Under the pieces are notes generated by a model, which saw only the letters and a program-made list of their open reading frames with translations, had not been told where the DNA came from and ran no database searches. A program made the position numbers and the translations under genes. A DNA stretch of 64,000 nucleotides from a virus: positions 9,801-73,800 of IMG/VR virus record IMGVR_UViG_3300048580_000372; one strand, 5' to 3'. Positions 48,410 to 57,526 of the stretch are shown in pieces (position 1 is the first letter of the stretch; each line of letters starts with the position of its first letter).

Positions 48410-48427
48410 TGTGTATCCTTTAATAAA

Positions 48428-48470
48428 AATGCTTCCCAATCATAATATCGGGAAGCATTCCAAAAGTCAA
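48428..48470 (-). promoter_or_regulatory. Terminator-like hairpin overlapping a sigma70-type promoter
   Basis: AATGCTTCCC/GGGAAGCATT inverted repeat with a T-run; TTGACT upstream. Confidence 0.5.
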
Positions 48471-48478
48471 ATTTTCTG

Positions 48479-48811
48479 TTAGGCTGCTTCAAAAATCTTT
48501 ACCATTTCAGTAAGCTTCGCAACACCCTTCTCGTTGATAGTCAAAAATGCAATGTGCTTGCCTTCTGGGCTAATGTCGGCAAATTCCAAATAACCATCAT
48601 AAACCAAGTCAGTCAACGCCTCGTCGTTCTTCCATGGTAGGGAGGTTTTGGTGCGGGTATTGAATGGTCCCTTGGTTTCATCCAAGAAATAATAGTCATC
48701 AAAAACTTCAGGGGTGGATGCATCAGGATATTCCCGAAAGATTCCCCTAACCATCGCAGTGGTTAAAAGATAGTTCATCTGAACAGTTTCAAAAGGGGTC
48801 AATTTAGTCAT
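48479..48811 (-). CDS. Hypothetical early protein
   Basis: AAGGAG SD. Confidence 0.65.
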   Translation of the reverse strand: MTKLTPFETVQMNYLLTTAMVRGIFREYPDASTPEVFDDYYFLDETKGPFNTRTKTSLPWKNDEALTDLVYDGYLEFADISPEGKHIAFLTINEKGVAKLTEMVKIFEAA

Positions 48812-48823
48812 TTTCTTTACTCC

Positions 48824-49156
48824 TTAATCCACCATGCTGCTGGCATAAGCTGTAATACCATACTTTCGCATAACATTTGCAAAAGCAATTGCGCCACGTT
48901 CACGGGCGATAATGGACTGCCCAGTAGCCTTACCGGGATTGTTCACCATCACACCACCCTTATAATAACGATCAGCAGCCTTAATACTAACAAGATACTT
49001 CGCCATCTTGCAATTTCCAGGGCGCAAAATTGTCCAAGCGAAACCACAAATGTCCCTATCACCATACTTATCCACAAATTCCTGTGTAGCAGCTTCTGCA
49101 GCCATGAAAGCTTCTCCTGCAATCCGTTCAACATCAAAATCAGATAAAGTAGCCAT
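48824..49156 (-). CDS. Hypothetical early protein (MATLSD...)
   Basis: GGAGG SD following a promoter repeat. Confidence 0.7.
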   Translation of the reverse strand: MATLSDFDVERIAGEAFMAAEAATQEFVDKYGDRDICGFAWTILRPGNCKMAKYLVSIKAADRYYKGGVMVNNPGKATGQSIIARERGAIAFANVMRKYGITAYASSMVD

Positions 49157-49178
49157 AATCTTCCTCCACCAATTGGTT

Positions 49179-49210
49179 AACCAGTATAACAGGATTTTTG
49201 GATTTGTCAA
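49179..49210 (-). promoter_or_regulatory. Early promoter repeat copy 1
   Basis: TTGACAAATCCAAAAATCCTGTTATACTGGTT. Confidence 0.85.
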
Positions 49211-49524
49211 CCCTTAAAAAATTCAACAGCAGCAGCAATCAATGCTGGCTCAAGAGGTCCACTACTACCGCTCACATATCGTGCAAGCCCTGTATAAAAA
49301 TGACCAGTCATAGTAGTAAGGTCAATATTGATATCAACACCATGCCCATTAATGTAGCCAACAGAACACAGCCGAATAAATCGGTCATCAATATCAACAT
49401 CAACATCAACTGATTTAGTGCCATCAAACAATTTAATGGCATTATTTTCCCAATGGCTGTCAAAACAAAACGCAATCTGCACAAGTTTGTTACCATTACA
49501 ATATCCAACCAGCACAATAGACAT
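49207..49524 (-). CDS. Hypothetical early protein
   Basis: Own promoter and AGGAG SD. Confidence 0.65.
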   Translation of the reverse strand: MSIVLVGYCNGNKLVQIAFCFDSHWENNAIKLFDGTKSVDVDVDIDDRFIRLCSVGYINGHGVDINIDLTTMTGHFYTGLARYVSGSSGPLEPALIAAAVEFFKG

Positions 49525-49546
49525 GATTTTTCTCCTTCAATTGTTT

Positions 49547-49578
49547 AACCAGTATAACAGAATTTTTGGATTTGTCAA
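49547..49578 (-). promoter_or_regulatory. Early promoter repeat copy 2
   Basis: One mismatch to copy 1. Confidence 0.85.
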
Positions 49579-49952
49579 GCGAGATTCAACAGTTCACGCT
49601 CTTCCTTGGTCAACTTCGCAAGGGCTGCAGCCTTCTTCGCCATACGCTCTTCAGCTTCCAACCTATCACTACGCTTGTCTTCAACGTCCAACGCAAGTTC
49701 CCGAAGAGTCTCTGCGTTTTCTTCAGTCCAATAATTATCAAACACGAACCTGCGACTGCGAGCGTCGTCATAATCACGAACGACAAACTGGAAATTCACA
49801 ACCTTAACTTCAAAGGTTTCAGCTGTGGCGTTGGTAAGGACTTCCATCATCCGAGTAGGATAACTATCAAAAGCCTCCTTATCACGACGAGCCTTCTCCA
49901 TCATCGCTTCATATTCACGTTCAGCCTTGGTCTTGCGAGCCATAATCGTCAC
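49575..49952 (-). CDS. Hypothetical early protein
   Basis: Own promoter and GGAG SD; higher GC. Confidence 0.7.
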   Translation of the reverse strand: MTIMARKTKAEREYEAMMEKARRDKEAFDSYPTRMMEVLTNATAETFEVKVVNFQFVVRDYDDARSRRFVFDNYWTEENAETLRELALDVEDKRSDRLEAEERMAKKAAALAKLTKEERELLNLA

Positions 49953-49969
49953 TCCATTTGATTAACTGT

Positions 49970-50001
49970 ACCAAGTATAACAGATTATTTGGATTTGTCA
50001 A
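49970..50001 (-). promoter_or_regulatory. Early promoter repeat copy 3
   Basis: Near-identical to copies 1 and 2. Confidence 0.8.
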
Positions 50002-50115
50002 ATGGTATTTTGAAATAAAATACACAATTTTCAAACAAATTGATAAATAAGTATAGGAGGGCGTTGGCACACCCCCCTACACAAGAACACAACTTTATTC
50101 TGGGAGAATAAAATT

Positions 50116-51456
50116 ATGAACAATATTATTTATCATAACATAAGAGAACAAGAAAAGAAAAAATTAGAATTTTGGAATAATTATTTAAAAGATAATGGAT
50201 ATACTTTAATCTCTGCAGATTATCGTGGAAATGGAGTTATAATACTTAGTTTTTCAGACTCAACTGGGATAATATATAGTAGAAAAATATCAAGATTAAA
50301 AACAATTGGTTTACAAAATTTAACACCAAAAAGTAATAAACCAAAAACCAAAAATATTATAGGTGACGAATATTTTGAAATAATTAAAAACATTGCCAAA
50401 TCAAGAGGTGGTAAAATAATATCAAATGGTTATAAAAATAGTGGAACAAAAATAGAATGTGAAGACATTGCAGGTAATCATTTTTGGATGTCACCAGAAT
50501 GCATAAAACGAGGTAGTTGGAGTCCATATGAAAAAAACACTTGTGAACATATATGCAGACAGATATTTGAATATATATTCAATTGTAAATTTATTATAAC
50601 AAATAAAATTGTTGTTAGACAAGGGAAGGTCAATCTCCAATTAGATGGGTATAATGATAATGTTATAATAAACAATAAATCTTATAAAATAGCATTTGAA
50701 TATCAAGGTTATTATTCACACAGAACCGACCAAAATGCCATCGAACGAGATAATTATAAAAAAGAATATTGTAAAAATAATAATATTGTTTTATTTGTAA
50801 TTGATGAATTTTCAAAACATCTACTCGATGATAACTGGATATTTTCATATATAAAAAATATGATAGTTGAACAATTTCCAGAAATTAATATAAATTACGA
50901 TTTTAAAATAAGATACGACCTTATAAATTCAAATATTATTAAATACAATTATTGGAAAAATAAAGCAGAACAAGACGGATTCACATTAATAAGCGAAACA
51001 TATATCAATTGTGGCAATAAAATGATATGGAAAAGAAACAGCGATGGTTATATTTTCAAACGAAGCATTGACAACATACTACAAAATGGTTGGCCACCAA
51101 ACAACAATATATCAAAAGGAAAACTATTAACAAAAACTGAATTATTAAATAGAATACAAAATAAATGTCAACAATATGGTGGAAAACTTTTAGACACAGA
51201 ATGGAAGGGAGACCGCACAAAACATAAATTCCTTGATGTTTTGGGAAACGAATTTGAATCAATGCCATGCAATGTTTTTCATAAAAACAGTTGGTCACCA
51301 TATGAAACAAACCGCTATTGTACTATTCACAAAGAAAATAATATGTTATATATAACAACAAAAAATAACACAGAGTTATGTTATGATATATCCAATGAAA
51401 AAATATTAAAATATGTGAAATATCCAACAGGAGAGATTAAATATTTCTCCTGCTGA
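50116..51456 (+). CDS. Free-standing putative homing endonuclease with repeated DNA-binding modules
   Basis: Repeats GG.LL...Y...K......GN.F...P......WSP; LQLDGY...IAFEYQG nuclease core; GATAAATA at 50042. Confidence 0.7.
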   Translation: MNNIIYHNIREQEKKKLEFWNNYLKDNGYTLISADYRGNGVIILSFSDSTGIIYSRKISRLKTIGLQNLTPKSNKPKTKNIIGDEYFEIIKNIAKSRGGKIISNGYKNSGTKIECEDIAGNHFWMSPECIKRGSWSPYEKNTCEHICRQIFEYIFNCKFIITNKIVVRQGKVNLQLDGYNDNVIINNKSYKIAFEYQGYYSHRTDQNAIERDNYKKEYCKNNNIVLFVIDEFSKHLLDDNWIFSYIKNMIVEQFPEININYDFKIRYDLINSNIIKYNYWKNKAEQDGFTLISETYINCGNKMIWKRNSDGYIFKRSIDNILQNGWPPNNNISKGKLLTKTELLNRIQNKCQQYGGKLLDTEWKGDRTKHKFLDVLGNEFESMPCNVFHKNSWSPYETNRYCTIHKENNMLYITTKNNTELCYDISNEKILKYVKYPTGEIKYFSC

Positions 51457-51470
51457 ACACAAGTATATGG

Positions 51471-51977
51471 TCATGGTGCTACAGGTTTTAATTCTGCCAA
51501 CACTTGATCTGCCATTTTCATACTTATAATAATATCTGGGTCAACTACAGCACCACTTTGTGGATCGCCTTTTTTAATTTTATCCACAGCTGTCATTCCC
51601 GAAATTACCACACCCCACACAGAGTACTGGCGATCCAAAAATGTTGAATCTGCAAGACAAATAAAGAATTGTGATGATGCAGAATTAACATCTGAACTTC
51701 TGGCCATACTGCATATTCCCCTTGTATGACTTATCTGGTTAAACTCAGCCTCAATGTTAACGCCACTACCACCTGTGCCGTTTTTATTTATTGGGTCTCC
51801 GGACTGTGCAACAAACCCTGCTATAACCCGATGAAATGGTGCCCCATCATAAAACCCAGACCTCACAAGCTCCTTTATCCTTGAAACGTGTTTTGGTGCA
51901 TATTGTGGCAACATTTGAATAGCCACTGTACCATCTTTTAATTCTAAATATAATATATTGTTCAAATCTATTTCCAT
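51471..51977 (-). CDS. Cyclophilin-type peptidyl-prolyl isomerase
   Basis: GFYDGAPFHRVIAGFVAQSGDP, SMARS...SASSQFFI, LDRQYSVWG. Confidence 0.95.
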   Translation of the reverse strand: MEIDLNNILYLELKDGTVAIQMLPQYAPKHVSRIKELVRSGFYDGAPFHRVIAGFVAQSGDPINKNGTGGSGVNIEAEFNQISHTRGICSMARSSDVNSASSQFFICLADSTFLDRQYSVWGVVISGMTAVDKIKKGDPQSGAVVDPDIIISMKMADQVLAELKPVAP

Positions 51978-51987
51978 AATAGTCTCC

Positions 51988-52497
51988 TTAAATTAATTTA
52001 CTAATATCTAATACTTCTGAAATTTTTGATATTTCTTTTACAAAAAATGCACACATTGGATTATGACCTTCTTCTAATGGAACAGTCAAAATATGCCCAC
52101 TTTTTAATTTTGGAACAGTCCACTTAATATTTGGAAAAATATTAACTACTTCAATTGTCAAAAAACTTGGCAAATATCCTTTTCTATTTTCCCCAATAGG
52201 ATTAAAACAAAATCCCTTAAATCCACGATCATTCAAATGTTTTATATTCATTACTTCTATACAATCCAAATCACCAACAACAATACTCCAATCTAATGGG
52301 ACAGCCACAAAATATTGTTCCCCAATCATTAACTCAACTACAGGACTGGAAAAAGTCTCAATCATAACTAATGGATGGAAATAATAGTCTACATTGTTTG
52401 GATCAGCATAATCTAATACACAAAATCGTATATCGTCAATTTGTTCAGGTACCTCATTCATTTCAAACGAAGCATTAAAATTCGTTAATATTTTCAT
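51988..52497 (-). CDS. Conserved-type hypothetical protein downstream of UvsW
   Basis: GGAG SD before MKILTN. Confidence 0.7.
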   Translation of the reverse strand: MKILTNFNASFEMNEVPEQIDDIRFCVLDYADPNNVDYYFHPLVMIETFSSPVVELMIGEQYFVAVPLDWSIVVGDLDCIEVMNIKHLNDRGFKGFCFNPIGENRKGYLPSFLTIEVVNIFPNIKWTVPKLKSGHILTVPLEEGHNPMCAFFVKEISKISEVLDISKLI

Positions 52498-52504
52498 AGC
52501 GTTC

Positions 52505-52545
52505 TCCAAAAAGTTTCATAATTTTATTTATATGAACTTTTTGGA
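52505..52545 (-). promoter_or_regulatory. TATAAATA late promoter inside an RBS-occluding hairpin
   Basis: TCCAAAAAG-TTCATA/TATGAA-CTTTTTGGA inverted repeat overlapping the SD. Confidence 0.6.
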
Positions 52546-52561
52546 TTTGGTAAAAATTATT

Positions 52562-53404
52562 TTAACGGTACTCAACCTTCGTCACTGTGTATGGATACTT
52601 AGCTTCGTCATAAAACTTCTTTCTTTCAGATAAGTGTTTCTTGGAGTATTTAGTAGATGCAGTAATATCAAAAATGTTCGCGAAGTCTTTATCACTCGAC
52701 ATTCTAATACTTCTACCAATACTTTGAATAACCTTGATAAAACTTTTACCAGCTTCAACCATAACCAAATTAAATATTCGAGGAATATTAATACCAGTGC
52801 TACAAGTACCAAATGTTGCAATCAAAATTTCATTATTCGAATTATTAACTTCTTCAAAATGCTCCCTGCGTTTTTTATTCTTTGTGGCACCTTGAATAAA
52901 GATAGTATCTTTGGTTATATATTCAACCAACTTTTCACCTGTTTCAATTCTATCAATTAAAACCAAAGTATTCCCTGTATTGGACACTTCTTCAATAAAA
53001 TTAGCCAACCAACGAACCCTTGTTTCATCTGTAACCAAGAACCTATATTCGTCTGCATATTCTTTATAAGAAACATGGTCTTTAGTTTGAATAATATCAA
53101 TATGCAAATTAGCCAACACACCTTGGTCCTGCAATTCATGAGCTTTCAACGTATTAACAATTGGACCAATACAAAACAACAAACACAAAGAATCTATTTC
53201 ATCTTTTGGAATTGTTCCTGTAAATCCCCAACGAATTGGAATATTGGCAAATGGACCAGTCAAAAGTTCTTGCAATTTATCTGCTTTTGTGGTGTGACAA
53301 TTGGCGACAATAGCATCATCAACTATATAATTGTGATCATTTTTAATATGAAGATTATACACCTCATTTGGCTTTTCTATTTCTTTTCTTTTTACAAGCT
53401 TCAT
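52562..53404 (-). CDS. uvsW: Split-intein C fragment (35 aa) fused to UvsW helicase C-terminal half
   Basis: VYNLHI...HNYIV...IVAN/C, then H of DECH, GFTGT, STGINIP and QSIGRSIR. Confidence 0.92.
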   Translation of the reverse strand: MKLVKRKEIEKPNEVYNLHIKNDHNYIVDDAIVANCHTTKADKLQELLTGPFANIPIRWGFTGTIPKDEIDSLCLLFCIGPIVNTLKAHELQDQGVLANLHIDIIQTKDHVSYKEYADEYRFLVTDETRVRWLANFIEEVSNTGNTLVLIDRIETGEKLVEYITKDTIFIQGATKNKKRREHFEEVNNSNNEILIATFGTCSTGINIPRIFNLVMVEAGKSFIKVIQSIGRSIRMSSDKDFANIFDITASTKYSKKHLSERKKFYDEAKYPYTVTKVEYR

Positions 53405-54308
53405 AACATTTCTCCAATTTTTTAACTGTTTCTAACTCTAATTCATTTAATCTAAAATTATACCAATTATCATAAATCCAATCTTCATCTATAACACTAT
53501 AGCAGTAACCATTGGTTAAACACCAATTTAATAATGCTGTTTCTTTGATTTTTTCTTTAATTCTTGTTTGATGGATTTTTGGCTTAATTTCGTACACCAT
53601 TTTTGTATCATGATTTATAAAATCAACTATATAAACCTTTGTTTTTCCATCAAGTTCATATTTGATTCTCAATGTTTCATAATCACAACCTTCATTTATA
53701 TGGACAAATGCAGCTTCCCAACTTGAACGATATTTTTGTCCTTTATAAACTGTTGTCATATGGGTATTACTATTATGAATATTTGGGGTGAACTTACCAT
53801 CTGCAATCAATTCTTTCATACATTCTGATTTTTGTTCACGTTCTTCTTCTGAATAAACAGTTCCAAACATTGGATTTCTATCACCAATTTTAGATTCACT
53901 TATTTTTTTAACAGATTCATTTGTTTCTTTAGTTAGCCCTTTATTCCAAGCGGTAACTACCCCAACTGTTCCTGTATGCCAAGGAACCCCTGTGTTCAAA
54001 TTTAATTTAATTTTATCACCATGTTGTTGTTGACACGCAATACCACCTTTTTTAGCTGTTAATGTTATAATTAATTGTTCTGTTTTTTCACGTTCTTGTT
54101 TATCTGTTGAATACAACGAATCAATAAAATTTATTAACACGCCATGTTCAATTCTTCTTTTAAAAGTGTTTATTTCAACAGGAGTATTCAATTGGACACC
54201 ATTATTGAAACACAATTTTTCACTATCCCAAATATCAATTTTTAAACTATAATTTTCCAATAGTTCATTGTATTGTTGCAACATCTCTAATTTAGTTCTT
54301 CGTATCAT
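53364..54308 (-). CDS. Free-standing homing endonuclease (NUMOD3 plus TnsA-like PD-(D/E)XK)
   Basis: AWNKGLTKE, NPMFG; YRSSWE...YIVDF...EIKP; lies between the split UvsW halves. Confidence 0.8.
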   Translation of the reverse strand: MIRRTKLEMLQQYNELLENYSLKIDIWDSEKLCFNNGVQLNTPVEINTFKRRIEHGVLINFIDSLYSTDKQEREKTEQLIITLTAKKGGIACQQQHGDKIKLNLNTGVPWHTGTVGVVTAWNKGLTKETNESVKKISESKIGDRNPMFGTVYSEEEREQKSECMKELIADGKFTPNIHNSNTHMTTVYKGQKYRSSWEAAFVHINEGCDYETLRIKYELDGKTKVYIVDFINHDTKMVYEIKPKIHQTRIKEKIKETALLNWCLTNGYCYSVIDEDWIYDNWYNFRLNELELETVKKLEKCYEACKKKRNRKAK

Positions 54309-54342
54309 AATTTTTCCCCTTTAACAGTATGAACCTATATAC

Positions 54343-55392
54343 TTATTTATCATTTACTGACAAAATAGTGTCATTTTCTGTCAATTCATCAGCACGTTTC
54401 CACCCATTATTAGTTAAAAATTTATGATTCCCAGTTACTTTTATTATCTTTCCATTATCAAATTCCAATTCGTACATTTTTTCTGTTTGACTGTTTACCA
54501 TATTCTTATAAACATCAACCACAATATCTTCTTTAAAAGATTTATTTTCTTCATTATAATTGATGACAATATCACCTATATTAACATTCTTTATTTCTTT
54601 ATATCCTTCAGGTGTTAATACCAATGATTCCCCATCAAAACATTCATCACACAGCACCATAGACACGTCATCCAAAAATTCATGGATATCATCATCTGTC
54701 AATAACCCAGTTTTTTTATTGGCTGTTCTTGCAGACAAAGCATTCAGGGATTGCCAAGTACAAATAGTATGGGTTTTGTTCAATTCCTTCCTATCCCCAT
54801 AAAACACCCCAACATCCAACCCAAGAACTTTATAATCATCCTCTGTTTGTGTCACAAGGGTTTTACTTGGAACAATAACAATGGTTCTTCCCATTGGCTC
54901 ACACACCATTGAAAGAGCTGCACTGGTAATGGTCTTACCAGAACCTGTGGAAAGACATTGAACGCTTTGTGGATTTTCTAAAAATTTCGCAACAGCTTCT
55001 TCTTGGTAATCACGAAGAATAATTGGTTTTCCTGCATCTGGGTGTCCAATTGGCCAATTCTTACTTGCAAGTTTAGCTTTTACCTCATCAAACGATGGAA
55101 AGGAAACATTCCAATTGTTCCGATGGTCAACAACATCAATGTCAAACCCATCTTCTTCAAGGATTGGTAAAATCCTATCAAGAAGATTTAAATAGGTTAC
55201 CATCCCAATACTACAATATGATTTCTTACCATTCCAACGCCCAAGTTTATATGCTGGTAAATGATAGGCATATGGTACCATATATTCACAACGTTCAACT
55301 ATACGTTTACGGGTCTTTAAATAATCAGACAACCCTTCAATTTTGATATTTACTTCGTCTCTGATAACAATAGTGGCTTTTTTATGTTGCAT
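54343..55392 (-). CDS. uvsW: UvsW helicase N-terminal half (250 aa) fused to split-intein N fragment (99 aa)
   Basis: LRDYQ, STGSGKT, TWQSL, VLCDE, then CFDGES...TGNHKFLT..GW. Confidence 0.92.
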   Translation of the reverse strand: MQHKKATIVIRDEVNIKIEGLSDYLKTRKRIVERCEYMVPYAYHLPAYKLGRWNGKKSYCSIGMVTYLNLLDRILPILEEDGFDIDVVDHRNNWNVSFPSFDEVKAKLASKNWPIGHPDAGKPIILRDYQEEAVAKFLENPQSVQCLSTGSGKTITSAALSMVCEPMGRTIVIVPSKTLVTQTEDDYKVLGLDVGVFYGDRKELNKTHTICTWQSLNALSARTANKKTGLLTDDDIHEFLDDVSMVLCDECFDGESLVLTPEGYKEIKNVNIGDIVINYNEENKSFKEDIVVDVYKNMVNSQTEKMYELEFDNGKIIKVTGNHKFLTNNGWKRADELTENDTILSVNDK

Positions 55393-55453
55393 TTAATAAT
55401 CCTTTAATAACTATAAACAATAGTATAAAGAATTATTTATCGTATAGTCAAAA

Positions 55454-56671
55454 TTAAAGTTTCAATCCAGATGAATTATTATTGCCAAGGTTAATAATAT
55501 AATCAATTACTTTCTTTGAAGGCTTTCTTATTTTATGAAACAATAATGGGTTTTCTTTGACAACATGCATCTGAATTTCTTCATATGGCTGGGCAATATA
55601 ACGAATGTATTCCAAACTTTTATTGATTAAATACCACTGCAATGGTAATGAACGATGGCACATATTAATAACAGATGGATCATTTTTAATTGCCGCTTTT
55701 TGAACGTATATAGATGGGTTTTTTATGTGATATATGTTAACACCATACCTTATAACCGATTCAAGTTGAACTTGTTCAGTTGGGTGTTCTATAAATTGTA
55801 TAGAACCATTATCTGATTTGACAGCCAATAATTGAATTTCTTCAGATGGGTTTCTCACATATCTAATCAATGACCCCTTTCTATTAATACAATGTTTTAC
55901 AACTTCTTCAGAAGGGGACGTTAAATATTTAAAATCATCTAACGTATAATATCTAAAATGGTCCATTAATTCGCCATCTGACATTTTATCAAATTTACTT
56001 CTTTTTTTCCTAATAATAGAAACTTCGTCGTCAGTTTTTGGATTTATATTATGAATTTTTTCCAATATTGTAATTTGATTTTTTTTGAAAAATATTGCTT
56101 GAACTCTCTCACAACTATGAATAACACCCCAACCTGTTTTATCTGAAAAAGCATTATAACCAAGTTTTATTAATAACCCTGTCCATTTTAAAGTATCAAC
56201 TTCTCCAGAAGAATCTCTTGAAAAGTTTCTAACCAATTTCCAAAACTTTTCCCCAATTCTATTACGATCACCAACTGTATCTTCAAATTTTTTAATGTCT
56301 TTTTCGTCAATACCAAAACTAATCAATTTTGTTTTAGCATCTTCATATTGTTTTTCTGTTATGAATGGGATTTCAGTTACATTATCACAAGAGAAAATCC
56401 AAATATATGGCTGTTCTGATGCATATGGGAAACCTTTTTTGATTCCGTTATGATCAATTTGATATTCTTGCCATGCACTTTTTAATGGGTATGCATAAAT
56501 CCCTATCGGAGTATTATGAATATTTAATGGATTTATTCCAAGCTTATCAAGTTTTGTAAATGATACAAAAACATCATCTCTATCTTTATATTTTCTTAAA
56601 ATATCAATAGCAGACTGCTTTGGATATAATTCACCAGCCCTTCTATATTCTAATAATTCATATGCTCTCAT
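55454..56671 (-). CDS. MRAYELLE-leader protein with an ART-like N-domain and C-terminal helical repeats
   Basis: KLGINP...TPIGIYAYPL; repeated I.NPSEE.QL.AV units. Confidence 0.55.
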   Translation of the reverse strand: MRAYELLEYRRAGELYPKQSAIDILRKYKDRDDVFVSFTKLDKLGINPLNIHNTPIGIYAYPLKSAWQEYQIDHNGIKKGFPYASEQPYIWIFSCDNVTEIPFITEKQYEDAKTKLISFGIDEKDIKKFEDTVGDRNRIGEKFWKLVRNFSRDSSGEVDTLKWTGLLIKLGYNAFSDKTGWGVIHSCERVQAIFFKKNQITILEKIHNINPKTDDEVSIIRKKRSKFDKMSDGELMDHFRYYTLDDFKYLTSPSEEVVKHCINRKGSLIRYVRNPSEEIQLLAVKSDNGSIQFIEHPTEQVQLESVIRYGVNIYHIKNPSIYVQKAAIKNDPSVINMCHRSLPLQWYLINKSLEYIRYIAQPYEEIQMHVVKENPLLFHKIRKPSKKVIDYIINLGNNNSSGLKL

Positions 56672-56707
56672 TTTAAAATCTCCTTTGACTTTATTTATTT
56701 ATCAAAA

Positions 56708-57526
56708 TCAAAGGAGATGTAACGAAATACCATAAACATTAAATATTCGTTTTATTAATGCTAAATCATAAAGCTGCTTGTTTTCATTAATAATAAAATA
56801 ATTCTTATCATGGGTCGATGTTGGCTGAGATGCTTTCATCAATAACATTCTGGATTTTGTAAAAGGAATAAATTGATCCCTGATTAAATTCAAAAAAAGT
56901 CCCCAAGTTTTTTTGTCAACTTCAATTAATGAATGAAGAACATCATGGGTTTTTTCCAACTCTGGAAACGTGACCAATAATGTCGAATAAAAAAATTCTT
57001 TCAATAAATAATTTAAATACTCAGCCACACGATAATCAGCCATGTTTTTACTAACTGTTTCATCCATTATAACAGAACGACAACGATCTACTATTTTTAA
57101 TTTTCGATACGTTGATATAATAGTTGGAATGGTAGTGGCTCTGGTAAATGCAATTTCCTTACCATCTTCATATGTCCCATATTCCAATCCCATTTCTTTT
57201 ACCAACTTTATCCAAACTTCTTCTGATGCTTTAGTGGTGACAATTAATATAGGCGAAAGTTCTTTTCGTTTCAACGTTTGAATTAGTATCTTCTTCAATG
57301 TATGTTCATGTGTAGTCCTATAAACAAACAAACCACGACAAGAATAATCTGTGTAATATTGCATTGTTTGATTATAGATATCATCATAGGATGGATCAAC
57401 ATATAATTGATCATTGGATAAAACCTTCACCCAATCTGGAATTTCCATATGAACCAATTTGCTCAATCGTAATATATTACGTGCATTAGCACCTGTTGGT
57501 GTAAATTTAACATTATCAATTGTCAT
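56708..57526 (-). CDS. Hypothetical protein
   Basis: Coupled ORF. Confidence 0.7.
   Translation of the reverse strand: MTIDNVKFTPTGANARNILRLSKLVHMEIPDWVKVLSNDQLYVDPSYDDIYNQTMQYYTDYSCRGLFVYRTTHEHTLKKILIQTLKRKELSPILIVTTKASEEVWIKLVKEMGLEYGTYEDGKEIAFTRATTIPTIISTYRKLKIVDRCRSVIMDETVSKNMADYRVAEYLNYLLKEFFYSTLLVTFPELEKTHDVLHSLIEVDKKTWGLFLNLIRDQFIPFTKSRMLLMKASQPTSTHDKNYFIINENKQLYDLALIKRIFNVYGISLHLL

Noticed and set aside
11634-50001. CRISPR array from the 43-bp and 32-bp repeats
   Set aside because: Copies are hundreds of bases apart, separated by whole genes, and are promoters; no cas genes are present
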